A stretch of DNA of 64,000 nucleotides from positions 1,240,001 to 1,304,000 of the forward strand of contig OZ251233.1 in assembly GCA_965240325.2 (NCBI GenBank), given 5' to 3'. This document shows positions 34,500 through 47,400 of this stretch, in pieces. The notes under the pieces are model-generated. The model saw only the letters and a program-made list of their open reading frames with translations. It made no database searches and was not told where the DNA came from. The DNA is from Rebecca billardiae RCC1528. Its lineage: Eukaryota > Protista > Haptophyta. The translations under genes and the position numbers were made by a program. Numbering within the stretch: position 1 is the first letter of the stretch; each line of letters opens with the position of its first letter.

Positions 34500-35270
34500 C
34501 TACCCCGGTTGTGGCACAGAGCCTTCGCCTGCCCCGAACACAAACACCTTGTGAACAGGGCCAGGCGCGGCCCCACGCCCCATCGGGACGAGTGGGCCCG
34601 CGAAGAGCGCGCCCACGACCTCGTCGGTCGTCGCCGACGCCGCGCCCTCATGCCCAGGCGCCGCAGCCGGGGCGCCATCACCCAGAGGGTGATGGCAGCC
34701 CCCGGCCTCTTGGCGGTCCGAAGACATGCGGGACGGCCGCGACGACGGGTCCGACGATGCCGAAGGCGCGAGCTCACGGAAGGGGCCAGAGTTGGGAAGC
34801 TGCGGCGTCGGGCCATCACTCGCCTCGGCAGCGCGTTTGTCCCGCCGCGCACGCGCAGCCGGCTTCAGCGAGCCATCCGCGCGGTGCTTCTTCTTCCAAG
34901 ACTTGGACCTCTTCGCAGCACCAGGCACACCAGAGGCTGGCGTGGCTGCCCCCCCCTTGCGAGGTGGGACCGGCCCGCGGGCCGGGGCGCTGGGGGCGGG
35001 GCCGCGGCTCCTACTCGGAAGCCCAGCCCCGCCCTGTGGGGTCGCCGCACCGTCCACGTCCCCAGGGGCGTTGCCCGACATGAACACCTTGATTTGAAAG
35101 CCACCGTCGCCGGTGACCCTCGCCTCCACGGTGTAGCTGCGGGCCGGGTCGCGGGCGAGCAGGTGGTCGACGAGTCTCGCCGTCTCGTCCGCCACCGCGC
35201 GCGCCATCGTCGGCCCCACCCCCGTCGGCACGCCCATCGCCTGGTCAGCGTCGGGCGGGCCACACTCCAT
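34500..35270 (-). CDS. Hypothetical protein with a basic NLS-like segment
   Basis: Non-overlapping part of ORF 34500..35963, starting MECGPP. It has a globular-looking stretch RLVDHLLARDPARSYTVEARVTGDGGFQIKVFM and KRSKSWKKKHR. No family recognised. Confidence 0.35.
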   Translation of the reverse strand: MECGPPDADQAMGVPTGVGPTMARAVADETARLVDHLLARDPARSYTVEARVTGDGGFQIKVFMSGNAPGDVDGAATPQGGAGLPSRSRGPAPSAPARGPVPPRKGGAATPASGVPGAAKRSKSWKKKHRADGSLKPAARARRDKRAAEASDGPTPQLPNSGPFRELAPSASSDPSSRPSRMSSDRQEAGGCHHPLGDGAPAAAPGHEGAASATTDEVVGALFAGPLVPMGRGAAPGPVHKVFVFGAGEGSVPQPG

Positions 35271-35346
35271 CGCGGAGGGTGGCGACGAGGACAGTAGTAT
35301 CAGTAGACCTGTGCTCCCTGGTCCCCGTGAAGCCGCACGCATCGCG

Positions 35347-38240
35347 ATGCTGAAGATGAACCTGCCGCGCTTCGAGCTGCGCGGCCGTTGGTCCACGGAG
35401 CGCCAGTCTGGCTCGCCCAAGATCGTGCGGTCCTCCGACCTCGAGCCCATCCGCGAGCCTCCGCCGCCGACGCGCCCGGTGCTCGTTCTCGTCGAGCAGG
35501 TGGAGGGCGGTTCCAAGCTCGGGCGCGCGGCGTTCGGCGTGCTGCTCGACGAGCTGCGCGCGCTCGGGCTCCGCATCACGGAGCTCGATGCGTCGCGCAA
35601 GTGGTACGCCGTCCACGCGCCCTTCTCCCTCCTCCTCGCCGAGGCCGAGCGCATCCGCCTCACCAAGCCCGCGCTCGACGCGTCGATCGGCCAGATCAAG
35701 GTGTCGGCCGCGGCGCTGCACCTGCTCGCCTCGGGCGACCGGCCGGCGTCGCTCTTCTCGCCGGCGGAGCTGGTGCTGCTGCACTCGAGCCTGCTCCACC
35801 GCCCCGCGATGCGCGCCGAACACCTCGCCGACGGCGGCGCGCTGCCCGCGCGCCGCTCGATGCACGAGCGCGCGGTGTGCTCGCAAGGCAGCTCGCTCTT
35901 CGGCGCGTGCGAGGCGCTGGGCGCGGCGACGGTGATCGCCCCGCACGAGCCCGAGAAGCTCAAGTCGCTCGAGACGATGTGGCTCCGCCCCCGCCGCGCG
36001 TGGCTCGCCGACGGCTACCTCGACGCGCTCGTGTGGCAGCCCCGCGCGCGCATAGAGAACTACTATGGCCCGACCGAGGTGAGCAGAGGGCCAGGGCCCC
36101 GGCCGTGCGCGGCGCAGCGTGTTCGCGCGCGCGCGTCACGCCCGCGCGTGCTCTGCGTGTCGCGCGCGCGTGGGCGCGGGTGGAGCAAGGGGCTGCGTGG
36201 TGGTGGTGGGGGGTGGCGCGTGCACGCGTCAGGGGGCGCCGGGGTCCGGTGCACGGGCGGTGCGCGTGCACTCGCCCCGGGGGCCCCTTGGCAGCGCTCA
36301 GCTGGCTGACGCGCCCCTCCACCGCCTGCTCCCGCGCGGCGCTGCGCTGCGGCTGCCGCGCGCGGCTGCCCCCGCCGCCGCCGGGACACGCGCGCGCGGC
36401 CCGGCGGGCGCAGACGGCGTTCTACTTTGAGTTCATAGCGCACCTCACGCGCGGCCTCGTCGCGCCCGCGCTCGGCTCGGTGTGCGTCGTGCTGTGCTAC
36501 ATGGTGCTCCCGCGCGCGCTGCCGTCGGCCGAGGCCGCGGAGCGCGCACAGCACGCGCTCACGGCCGCGTACGCCGTCTGCCTCGTGCTGTGGGCGGCGT
36601 GGTGCGTGGAGGCGTGGAAGCGGCGCGAGGCGCGCTGCGCGCTCGACTGGGGCACGCTCGCGCTCGTCGACGCCGAGCTCGACGGCGCGCCGCGCGTCGG
36701 CTTCCGCGGCACTCTGCGCGTCTTCTCCCCGCTTACGCGTCAGAACGAGTGGTGCTTCCCGCCGCAGCGGCGCGCGCTGCGCTACGCGCTCACCGTGCCC
36801 GCGACGCTGACGTGCCTCGCCGTGGTGGGCGCGGACATGTACGTGTGGCTGTGGGCGTACTACGCCGCCGTGCGCCGCTGGTCGGGGGGCACGCTGCTGG
36901 AGACCGCGCTGCAGCAGCTCCCGACCGCCGGGTACTGCCTCTCGGTCGCGGCGCTCTCGGCGCTGTACCGGCCGGTCGCGGCCGCGCTCACCGAGTACGA
37001 GAACTACCGGACGTCGGAGGCGCACCGGAACGCGCTGATCGTGAAGCGGGTGCTGTTCGAGATGGCGAACAACTTCTCGACGCTCTACTACATCGCCTTC
37101 TGCAACCGCGACCTCGCCGAGCTGCGTTCGTACCTGCTGCAGCTGCTGGTCGTGTTTCAGATCATCTTCCAGCTGATCGAGAGCGCGGGGCCGGCGCTCG
37201 GCCGCGCGCTCGGCAGGCTGCTCGGCCGGCGGAAGCGGCGCGAGGCGGCGGCGTCGAGGCTGCGCGCCGCCGCGGCGGCGTCGGCGCCGAGCAGCCCTAC
37301 CCTCGGCGCGGACGCCGCCTCCGCCGCCGAGCGCGCCGCGCTCCTCGCCGACGTGGAGACGCAGCTCGAGCTGCCGCCGTACGACCCGTTCGACGACTTT
37401 GTCGAGCTGGCGGTGCAGTTCGGGAACGTGCTGCTCTTCGCGGCGGTGCTGCCGATCGCGCCGGTGTTCGCGCTGGCGAACAACCTGCCCGAGATCCGCG
37501 CGGACGCGCTCAAGCTGATGCGCTCGCACCGCCGCCCGGCGCACGCGGACGGCGCGCGCCAGGTGCACGGCATCGGCGCGTGGCTCGTGGCGTTCCAGGT
37601 GATCACCGGCTGCGCGGCGCTCACCAACCTGGCGCTCCTCACGTACATCTACGGCTGGCTCGAGCACCTCGAGCCGTCGGGCCGGCTGGTCGTGTTCCTC
37701 TCGGGGCAGCAGCTCGTGCTCGGCGCGATGGCCGTGCTCGCACTGCTCGCGCCCAAGCTGCCGCACGACGTGGCCGTGCGCGTCGCCGTCGCCGTCGATG
37801 CGACCGAGCGCTCGCTCCGTGAGATCGCCGCGCCGCTCGCGACGCGGCTGCGGCACCACCACCGCGCGGCGAGCCGGATCCAGGCGGCGGTGCGCGCGGC
37901 GCTGGCGCGCCGGCTGATCAAGCGGTGCAACGCCGCCGCGCTCACCATCCAGGCCACCGCGCGCGACTTCCTCGGCCGCTCGCGCCGCGAGCGCTTGATG
38001 CGGCGCAGCTTCAACAGGTCGCTCGCGCGCGCGACGAACGTCGCGCGGCTGCGGCGCACCTGCCACGGCGCCGCGCTGCACGCGATCGTCGTGGGCTGCG
38101 TCGGCGTGCTGCTCGCGCTGGTGCTCCGCGGCGCGTGGTCGGACAGCGCCGGCGCGCTCTACCCACCCGAGCCCGCTCCGACCGGGCTCTTCGAGCAGCT
38201 GCGCGCGCTGCTGGGCGGGCACAACGGCCGGCGCTCATGA
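35347..38240 (+). CDS. ANO: Anoctamin/TMEM16 family protein (ANO8/10-like) with C-terminal IQ motifs; exons 35347-36078 and 36414-38240
   Basis: Splicing GAG|GTGAGC...GCGCAG|ACG gives IENYYGPTETAFYF. Further motifs are ENYRT, LIVKRVLFEMANNFSTLYYIAF, DDFVELAVQFG..LF, ALANNLPEIRADALKL, RRP and IGAW. Confidence 0.93.
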
Positions 38241-39126
38241 GACTCCCTTGTGAGTGCCGTGCAGCGATCGCGACCACGGACCAGCAGGTATATCATACTG
38301 TACCAGGCCTGCTCATCATGCAAAATCCCTTATTGATGACCGTCATCCGCGGACGATTCAGTGCGGGCATCACGCACTACTGCTGCTGCCCGGATTGTGC
38401 CGATTTTGAACGTCGTAGTGGCCGTTTGAACGGTGCGACCGGGGTCGCGCGCCCGCAGTGGGCAGTGAGTGCAGGTAGTGATGGCGGGCTGCCCCACCGC
38501 CCAGCAGCCTAGCTGGGCCGCTGGCGGGGGCCTTAGCAGCCGCAGTACTCTCGTAGCTGGGTCCGCTGCAGCTGGGCGGCGGGGCAGTTACGAGTACAAG
38601 ACCAAGTGGGCGCTGATGTCGGCTGATGACACTGCTCGGAGTACGACAAGTCGCGGTCAGCGCGGTAGGCGTTGTGCTGTCTGTACAAGTGCATGCGCAC
38701 AATGGCTTGCATCAGGCCCGCGCTCAGCGGCTTCGCCGACCGGCCCATAGGCCGGCCACGCTTGCGTGCACCGATGGATCTGGGTGCGCGGCGGCGACCG
38801 GACGCGAACGCGGTGCAGGCGGCATGCCGCACGCGCTACGCGGCAGCAGTTGCAGGGCTGCCCTCTGTCCCCCGACCCGCGACCGCGGAGGGCACGTAGT
38901 GAGTACCCATCATACTCAGACCAAAGGAATATAAAGTTAGAAGAGCTCAGACGATGACAATGCGCGCGGGAAATCTGATGATGATGATAAAGTATGGCCC
39001 ACCATTATGCTAAACTTTACTACAGTTTTCGCCACTACCGTAGGCACCGCTTGGTGGCACCGCGCGCCGCCAGGCGACAATAATAATACTCAGCGGCGTG
39101 CGACGCCACTGCTGACCAAGCGGTGC

Positions 39127-39182
39127 AGTTTACTGATGAGAATAATAATAAGAGACGCACACAGCTCATCAGGCAGGCGAGA
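39127..39182. mobile_element. Degenerate copy of the 3351 MITE end
   Basis: CAGTTTACT..AGAATAATAATAAGAGACGCACACAGCTCATCAGGCAGGCGAGA. Confidence 0.75.
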
Positions 39183-39501
39183 GTGTCTATCATAGACTCT
39201 AGAGTTGGACCAAGGGCGGTAGTTGGACGATCGTAAAACTGCATGTACCTATAGCTTAATTAGCGGGCCGTGTCTTCGTCAGATTTATTCCCGCTTCGTC
39301 TGATGACACCATGGAGAAGGGCGGTCGGTTCCTTTGGTCGGTTGATGTGTTTTCAGCAGCAGATTACCCCCGTACATCTTGACTACATAGTAGTATCGGC
39401 GATCATATCGGCGGTCGATCAATCTCATCATCGTCAATCCCGGGAATCCACGGGAATCCACCTCTCATCGGAACGTCACCCAAGCCCCGAAGCCATTCAC
39501 C

Positions 39502-42500
39502 ATGCCGCCCGGCGCGGGCGCCGTGCGGCGGGCGCTCTTCCTCCTCGTGAGTGGCACGCTGCCGCTCGCCATCGCCAAGAGCGCCGCGACGTCTCCAAGT
39601 CCAGGCCATGAGGGGCATCCCGGCCCGACGAGCCCCACTGGGATGGATGCACTGAAGTCGTCGTGGTACGCGCTGCGCCGCCGAGCCGCCCATGCGCTGC
39701 AGGCCCTCGCCACGCGGGCCTGCTTCAAATGAGCACCCCCTACCCTGTGGTGCTACGCCCGCTGGTTTTCGCCTACATGCGCTGCGCAGGCGCGGCCGTG
39801 CACTTCAAGGTACGTACACGGGCAGCGACGGCGGGGCCGGCAGCGCTGCTTGGGGGAATGGTGCGCAAGTGGCCAACATGCTCACTGGGTCAGGCGGGGA
39901 CGACATCTTCTACGGAGGCGACGGCGGAGACGTAGCTGGAGACTCCTCTCCCGATGGCTCATATGCGGACGGCGGCAGCGTCTTCAACACGTTCGAGGTG
40001 CGTGAGACGCCACCAGTCCCCGCATCGCTGTCTGTGCCCCTGCGCGCAGTCGCAGACTGGCACGCACGCCACGCGTGCTGCCATGCATGGGCCGTCGCGC
40101 CGTCGACGCAGAGTGGCCGACTGCCGTCCGCACACCAGCTTGCCATCGGCCCACACGTGCCTCTGTGTTCCCTGGCTGCACCAATGAGCGTACTGCCGAT
40201 CCGCACTGCAGGTCCTCTGCGGTTGCCATCTCGCTCTCACCAACGCGCGCGGCGCGCACATGCACACGCACACATGCGTCACGCGTGCAGGGAGGTGCAG
40301 GTGACGACACCTTCCATGGAGGCGTCGGATCACTTTACGGCTCCTATAGTGTTTATGGTTATGCTGATAATCACTTCTTCGGAGAGGATGGCAATGATGA
40401 GTTCTTCGCCGGGAAAGGGAAGGCAGAGTACTACATGCAAGGCGGTCCAGGGGGCGGTCGCACCAACACGTACAACTTCTTCTCTGGTGCGCTGCAGCAG
40501 CAGGGCGCGCGCCCGCGACATCGATCATCGGTCGATCGGCCTGCCCACTGCCTGGCTTCAGTCAGCTTCATTGAGCCCGGAGCAGCGCCCTGCACGGCTG
40601 CTGCCGCTGCTTGCACATCCGACGCGTTCGTGACACGCCCCTTTGCCCGTCATCCGCACGCCCTGCGTACTGCCCAGGCGGAGATGGTGACGACTACCTG
40701 ATGGTGGCTGATTCGGGGCAGTTCTCCACTAACCGCCTTACAGGTAAGCGCGCGCGTGGTGGCGATGAGGAGGTGCTGCCGTGATATTGATGCGCCGCGC
40801 ATGCACATTCGCGCGGCGTGCTGCTAACGCACGACGCGTCGGTGCGCGCGCCTGTGCCTGCGCCTGCCCGCCGAATCCGCGCGCAGGAGGCCCTGGCTAT
40901 GACCACATTTTCGCCGAAGGCGAGGGCCACTATTACGACGTGTATTATCCGCACAAATTCAAAACCACAGTCGACGCGGTTGATGGTGAGTACGACAAGA
41001 TCTACGCGAACGATGGTCAGTACGACCTGATCTACGCGGACCTCCAAGACTATGTCGACGCGGACCTTTACGATAGTGTCATTCGTGTCTCACTTCCGTC
41101 TGAGCCACCACTACCGCCAGCGACGGCAGAGCTACCACCGCCACCGCCGACAACCCCAACCCCGCCACCGCCGAGTCCGGCGCCGCCGCCGCCGTCATCA
41201 GCGCCGCCGCCGCCGGCCCCGCCGCCGCCGAGCCCGGCGCCGCCGCCGCCGTCATCAGCGCCGCCGCCGCCGACCCCGCCGCCGCCGAGTCCGGCGCCGC
41301 CGCCGCCGTCATCAGCGCCGCCGCCGCCGGCCCCGCCGCCGCCGAGCCCGGCGCCGCCGCCGGCGACATCAGCGCCGCCGCCGCCGACCCCGCCGCCGCC
41401 GAGTCCGGCGCCGCCGCCGCCGTCATCAGCGCCGCCGCCGCCGACCCCGCCGCCGCCGAGTCCGGCGCCGCCGCCGCCGTCATCAGCGCCGCCGCCGCCG
41501 GCCCCGCCGCCGCCAAGCCCGGCGCCGCCGCCGGCGACATCAGCGCCGCCGCCGCCGACCCCGCCGCCGCCGAGTCCGGCGCCGCCGCCGCCGTCATCAG
41601 CGCCGCCGCCGCCGACCCCGCCGCCACCGAGTCCGGCGCCGCCGCCGCCGTCATCAGCGCCGCCGCCGCCGTCATCAGCGCCGCCACCGTCGACCTCGCC
41701 GCCGCCGAGTCCGGCGCCGCCGCCGCCGTCATCAGCGCCACCGCCGCCGGCCCCGCCGCCGCCGAGCCCGGCGCCGCCGCCGGCGACATCAGCGCCGCCG
41801 CCGCCGACCCCGCCGCCGCCGAGTCCGGCGCCGCCGCCGCCGTCATCAGCGCCGCCGCCGCCGACCCCGCCGCCGCCGAGTCCGGCGCCGCCGCCGCCGT
41901 CATCAGCGCCGCCGCCGCCGGCCCCGCCGCCGCCAAGCCCGGCGCCGCCGCCGGCGACATCAGCGCCGCCGCCGCCGACCCCGCCGCCGCCGAGTCCGGC
42001 GCCGCCGCCGCCGTCATCAGCGCCGCCGCCGCCGACCCCGCCGCCGCCGAGTCCGGCGCCGCCGCCGCCGTCATCAGCGCCGCCGCCGCCGTCATCAGCG
42101 CCGCCACCGTCGACCTCGCCGCCGCCGAGTCCGGCGCCGCCGCCGCCGTCATCAGCGCCGCCGCCGCCGGCCCCGCCGCCGCCGAGCCCGGCGCCGCCGC
42201 CGGCAACATCAGCGCCGCCGCCGCCGACCCCGCCGCCGCCGAGCCCGGCGCCGCCGCCGCCGTCATCAGCGCCGCCGCCGCCGGCCCCGCCGCCGCCGAG
42301 CCCGGCGCCGCCGCCGGCAACATCAGCGCCGCCGCCGCCGACCCCGCCGCCGCCGAGCCCGGCGCCGCCGCCGGCAACATCAGCGCCGCCGCCGCCGACC
42401 CCGCCGCCGCCGAGCCCGGCGCCGCCGCCGCCGTCATCAGCGCCGCCGCCGCCGACCCCGCCGCCGCCAAGCCCGGCGCCGCCGCCGGCGACATCAGCGC

Positions 42501-44171
42501 CGCCGCCGCCGACCCCGCCGCCGCCGAGTCCGGCGCCGCCGCCGCCGTCATCAGCGCCGCCACCGTCGACCTCGCCGCCGCCGAGTCCGGCGCCGCCGCC
42601 GCCGTCATCAGCGCCGCCGCCGCCGGCCCTGCCGCCGCCGAGCCCGGCGCCGCCGCCGGCGACATCAGCGCCGCCGCCGCCGACCCCGCCGCCGCCGAGT
42701 CCGGCGCCGCCGCCGCCGTCATCAGCGCCGCCACCGCCGGCCCCGCCGCCGCCGAGCTCGGCGCCGCCGCCGCCGACATCAGCGCCGCCGCCGCCGACCC
42801 CGCCGCCGCCGAGCCCGGCGCCGCCGCCGCCGTCATCAGCGCCGCCGCCGCCGACCCCGCCGCCGCCGAGTCCGGCGCCGCCGCCGCCGTCATCAGCGCC
42901 GCCGCCGCCGTCATCAGCGCCGCCACCGTCGACCTCGCCGCCGCCGAGTCCGGCGCCGCCGCCGCCGTCATCAGCGCCGCCGCCGCCGGCCCCGCCGCCG
43001 CCGAGTCCGGCGCCGCCGCCGCCGTCATCAGCGCCGCCGCCGCCGACCCCGCCGCCGCCGAGCCCGGCGCCGCCGCCGCCGTCATCAGCGCCGCCGCCGC
43101 CGACCCCGCCGCCGCCGAGTCCGGCGCCGCCGCCGCCGTCATCAGCGCCGCCGCCGCCGTCATCAGCGCCGCCACCGTCGACCTCGCCGCCGCCGAGCCC
43201 GGCGCCGCCGCCGCCGTCATCAGCGCCGCCGCCGCCGGCCCCGCCGCCGCCGAGCCCGGCGCCGCCGCCGGCGACATCAGCGCCGCCGCCGCCGACCCCG
43301 CCGCCGCCGAGCCCGGCGCCGCCGCCGCCGTCATCAGCGCCGCCGCCGCCGACCCCGCCGCCGCCGAGTCCGGCGCCGCCGAGCCCGGCGCCGCCGCCGC
43401 CGTCATCAGCGCCGCCGCCGCCGTCATCAGCGCCGCCGCCGCCGACCCCGCCGCCACCGAGCCCGGCGCCGCCGCCGCCGTCATCAGCGCCGCCGCCGCC
43501 GACCCCGCCACCACCGAGCCCGGCCCCGCCGCCGCCGTCATCAGCGCCGCCGCCGCCGACCCCGCCACCACCGAGCCCGGCGCCGCCGCCGCCGTCATCA
43601 GCGCCGCCGCCACCGACCCCGCCGCCACCGAGCCCGGCGCCGCCGCCGCCGTCATCAGCGCCGCCGCCACCGACCCCGCCGCCACCGAGCCCGGCCCCGC
43701 CGCCGCCGTCATCAGCGCCGCCGCCGCCGACCCCGCCACCACCGAGCCCGGCGCCGCCGCCGCCGTCATCAGCGCCGCCGCCACCGACCCCGCCGCCACC
43801 GAGCCCGGCGCCGCCGCCGCCGTCATCAGCGCCGCCGCCACCGACCCCGCCGCCACCGAGCCCGGCCCCGCCGCCGCCGTCATCAGCGCCGCCGCCGCCG
43901 ACCCCGCCACCACCGAGCCCGGCGCCGCCGCAGCCGTCATCAGCGCCGCCGCCGCCGGCCCCGCCGCCGCCAAGCCCGCCGCCGCCGCCGCCCATCCCGC
44001 CGCCAAGCTCGCCACCACCGCCACCGCCGCCGCCGCCGCCGGTGCCGCCTCCATCGGCGCCACCGAGCTCGCCGCCGCCGTCTCCGCCAAGCCCAACACC
44101 ACCGCCGCCGCCGCGCCCAACCCCGCCGCCGCCAAGCCCGCCGCCGCCGCCTCCCATCCCGCCGCCAAGCT

Positions 44172-44204
<33 letters not shown>

Positions 44205-44370
44205 TGCCGCCTCCGTCGGCGCCACCGAGCTCGCCGCCGCCGTCTCCGCCAAGCCCAATACCACCGCCACCGCCGCGCCCAACCCCGCCGCCGCCAAGCC
44301 CGCCGCCGCCGCCGCCGCTCCCGCCGCCAAGCTCGCCACCACCACTGCCGCCGCCACCGCCGCCGAGCCC

Positions 44371-44403
<33 letters not shown>

Positions 44404-47400
44404 TTCGGCGCCACCGAGCGCGCCGCCGCCGTCTCCGCCAAGCCCGCCACCGAGCTCGCCACCACCGCCCCCGCCATCTCCGCCGCCGAGCCCGCCGCCG
44501 CCACCTCCGCCGAGCCCGCCACCAACCTCACCACCGCCGCCGCCGCCGTCACCACCGCCGAGCTCGCCACCGCTGCCTCCGCCATCGCCCCCACCCAGCC
44601 CGCCGCCACCGCCGCCGCCGAGTCCGCCGCCACCACCGCCGCCGTCGCCGCCGCCGAGCCCGCCGCCGCCGCCGCCACCGATGCCGCCACCGCCATCACC
44701 GCCGCCGAGTTCGCCACCACCGCCGCCGCCGTCACCACCGCCGAGCTCGCCGCCGCTGCCTCCGCCATCGCCCCCACCCAGCCCGCCGCCACCGCCGCCG
44801 CCGAGTCCGCCCCCAAGCTCGCCGCCACCACCGCCGCCGTCGCCGCCGCCGAGCCCGCCGCCGCCGCCGCCACCGGTGCCGCCGCCGCCGCCGCCTAGCC
44901 CGCCACCGGCCCCGCCGCCCCCTCCACGGGCTGAGCCGCTCCCGCCACCCTCGCCGCCCTCGCCGCCGCCGAGTCCACCACCGCCGCGACCGCCGCCGCC
45001 GTCACCACCGCCGCCGCCGCCGTCATCACCGCCGCCGCCGCAGCCCAGCCCGCCGCCGTCACCGCCGCCGCCGCCGCCGCCCAGCCCGCCGCCCAGCCCG
45101 CCGCCGAGCTCGCCACCACCTCCGCCGCCATCACCGTCACCGAGCTCGCCGCCGCCACCACCGCCATCGCCACCACCGAGGCCGCCGCCACGGCCGCCGC
45201 CATCACCGCCTCCGAGCTCACCGCCACTGCCGCCGCCATCACTGCCACCGAGCTCACCGCCGCGACCGCCACCATCCACACCGCCGAGCTCGCCGCCGCC
45301 GCCGCCGCCAAGCCCGCCACCGAGCTCGCCGCCACCGCCCCCGCCATCACCGCCACCGAGCTCACCGCCGCGACCGCCGCCCTCACCTCCACCGAGCCCA
45401 CCGCCGAGCCCGCCGCCGCCGCGCATGGGCTGCACCGACCCGTCCGCCGACAACTACGACTCACTTGCCGTCGTGCTCGCGCCGGACGAGTGCTTCTACG
45501 CCGTCCTGGGCTGCACCGACTCGACCGCCAAGAACTACCGCGCGCGCGCCAACACGGACGACGGCTCATGCGTGCCCTTCGTGTACGGCTGCATTGCGAG
45601 CCGCGCGACCAACTACGACGCGTCGGCGAACACGGACGACGGCAGCTGCGCGTACGCCATCCTCGGCTGCACCGACTCGACCGCGCTCAACTTCAACTCG
45701 GTCGCAAACACGGACGACTCCAGCTGCGTGCAGCCCGTCCCTGGCTGCACCGCCGCGGTCGCGCTCAACTTCCTCTCGACGGCCAACGTGGAGGACGGCA
45801 GCTGCGTGTACCCGGTGCTCGGCTGCACCGACTCGACCGCGATCAACTACAACGCGGCGGCGAACACGGACGATGGCGGCTGCATCCCCACCGTGCCCGG
45901 CTGCACGGCGCTCAGCGCGCTCAACTACAACTCGGCCGCGACGCTCGACGACGGCGGCTGCGTCTTCGCGGTGCTCGGCTGCACCGACCCGCTCAGCCCG
46001 AGCTACTCGCCTTCTGCGAACACGGACGACGGCAGCTGCGAGTTCCCCGGCTGCACCGACTCCGAGGCCGTCAACTTCGACCCGAGCGCCACGCGCACCG
46101 ACTTCTCGTGCGTCGCGCACGTCGACGGCTGCGTCGACCCGGCCGCGGTCAACTTCGTCTCCGCGGCCACGCGCCAGCCGGCGAGCGTCACCTGCCAGTA
46201 CGCGGGCTGCACCAACAGCCTCGCCGTGAACTACGACCCGAGCGCGACGCTGCTCGACTCGAGCTGCACCTTCACGCGCGCCTCGGGCCGCGCGTTCGTG
46301 CTCGGCTACCTCGGCGGCTGCGACGCGCTCGCCGACGCCGAGGTGCGCGACACGACGAGCGACAACGGCGCGTACTCGCTCACGTACACGACCTCCGCCG
46401 CCTTCGAGCTGCGCGCGGGCGCGACCTGCACGGACCGGTACACGGACCAGGCGCTTGCGTTTGACCTGAGCGCGCCCGTCGGCGCGACGGCGATCACGCC
46501 GCTCACCACCGTGCTCACGGCGATGCTCGAGGTGCACGGGCTCGACGCGACGGCTGCGAATGCGCGCGCGCGCGCCGTGTTCCTCGACGGCGTCGACGCC
46601 GGCACCCAGATCGCAATCTCGAGCTACAACGCGATGGCGGGCGTGGTCGCGGGCGAGGCGGCCGCGTCGTACGTGCTCGCCGCGCACAAGGCCATCACCG
46701 TCGCCGTCGCCGCCGTCACCTCCACGCTCGGCGGCGCAACGGCCGCGTCCGCGCTCGGCGCGCTCGGCGCGCTCACCGCCGCGGATGCCGTGTATGATTC
46801 GTCGCAGCTCCAGGCGCTGATGGCGGACATGCTGGCGGCGGATCCGGGGCTGACCGACCCCGGCGCCGGCGCGCGCTCGAGCGCGGCGACGGCCGCGGCG
46901 GACGAGAGCACCACCTTCCGCAACGCGCTCATCTCCCGCCGGCGCCTCCTCACCGCCGAGCGCCGCCGTCTGCAGGGCGGGCTCGGCGCGCTCGAGGCGG
47001 CGACCGGCGTGCCCGCGCCGCTCGGCTGCACGGACGCGAGCGCGAGCAACTTCGACTCGTCGGCGGTGGTGGACGACGGCACATGCGCCGTCGAGGGGTG
47101 CACCGTCTCGACCGCCACGAACTACAACGTCAAGGCCTCCGTCGACGACGGCTCGTGCGTGTACCCGGTCACCGGCTGCACTGTCTCGATCGCGGCCAAC
47201 TACGACTCGGGCGCCGAGCTGGACGACGGCAGCTGCACGTTCGACGTGGTCGGCTGCACGAGCAGCACGGCCATCAACTACCTGTCGGCGGCGAACGTGG
47301 AGAGCGGCGAGTGCATCGAGCCCGTGGCGGGCTGCACCTCGCCCAACGCGAACAACTTCGACTCGGGCGCCACCATCGACGACAGCAGCTGCGTGTTCGA

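Noticed and set aside
41052-46229. Very long Arg-, Gly- or Ala-rich ORFs (41052+, 41068-, 41079-, 47998-)
   Set aside because: They are alternative-frame or antisense shadows of the CCG-rich proline stalk.
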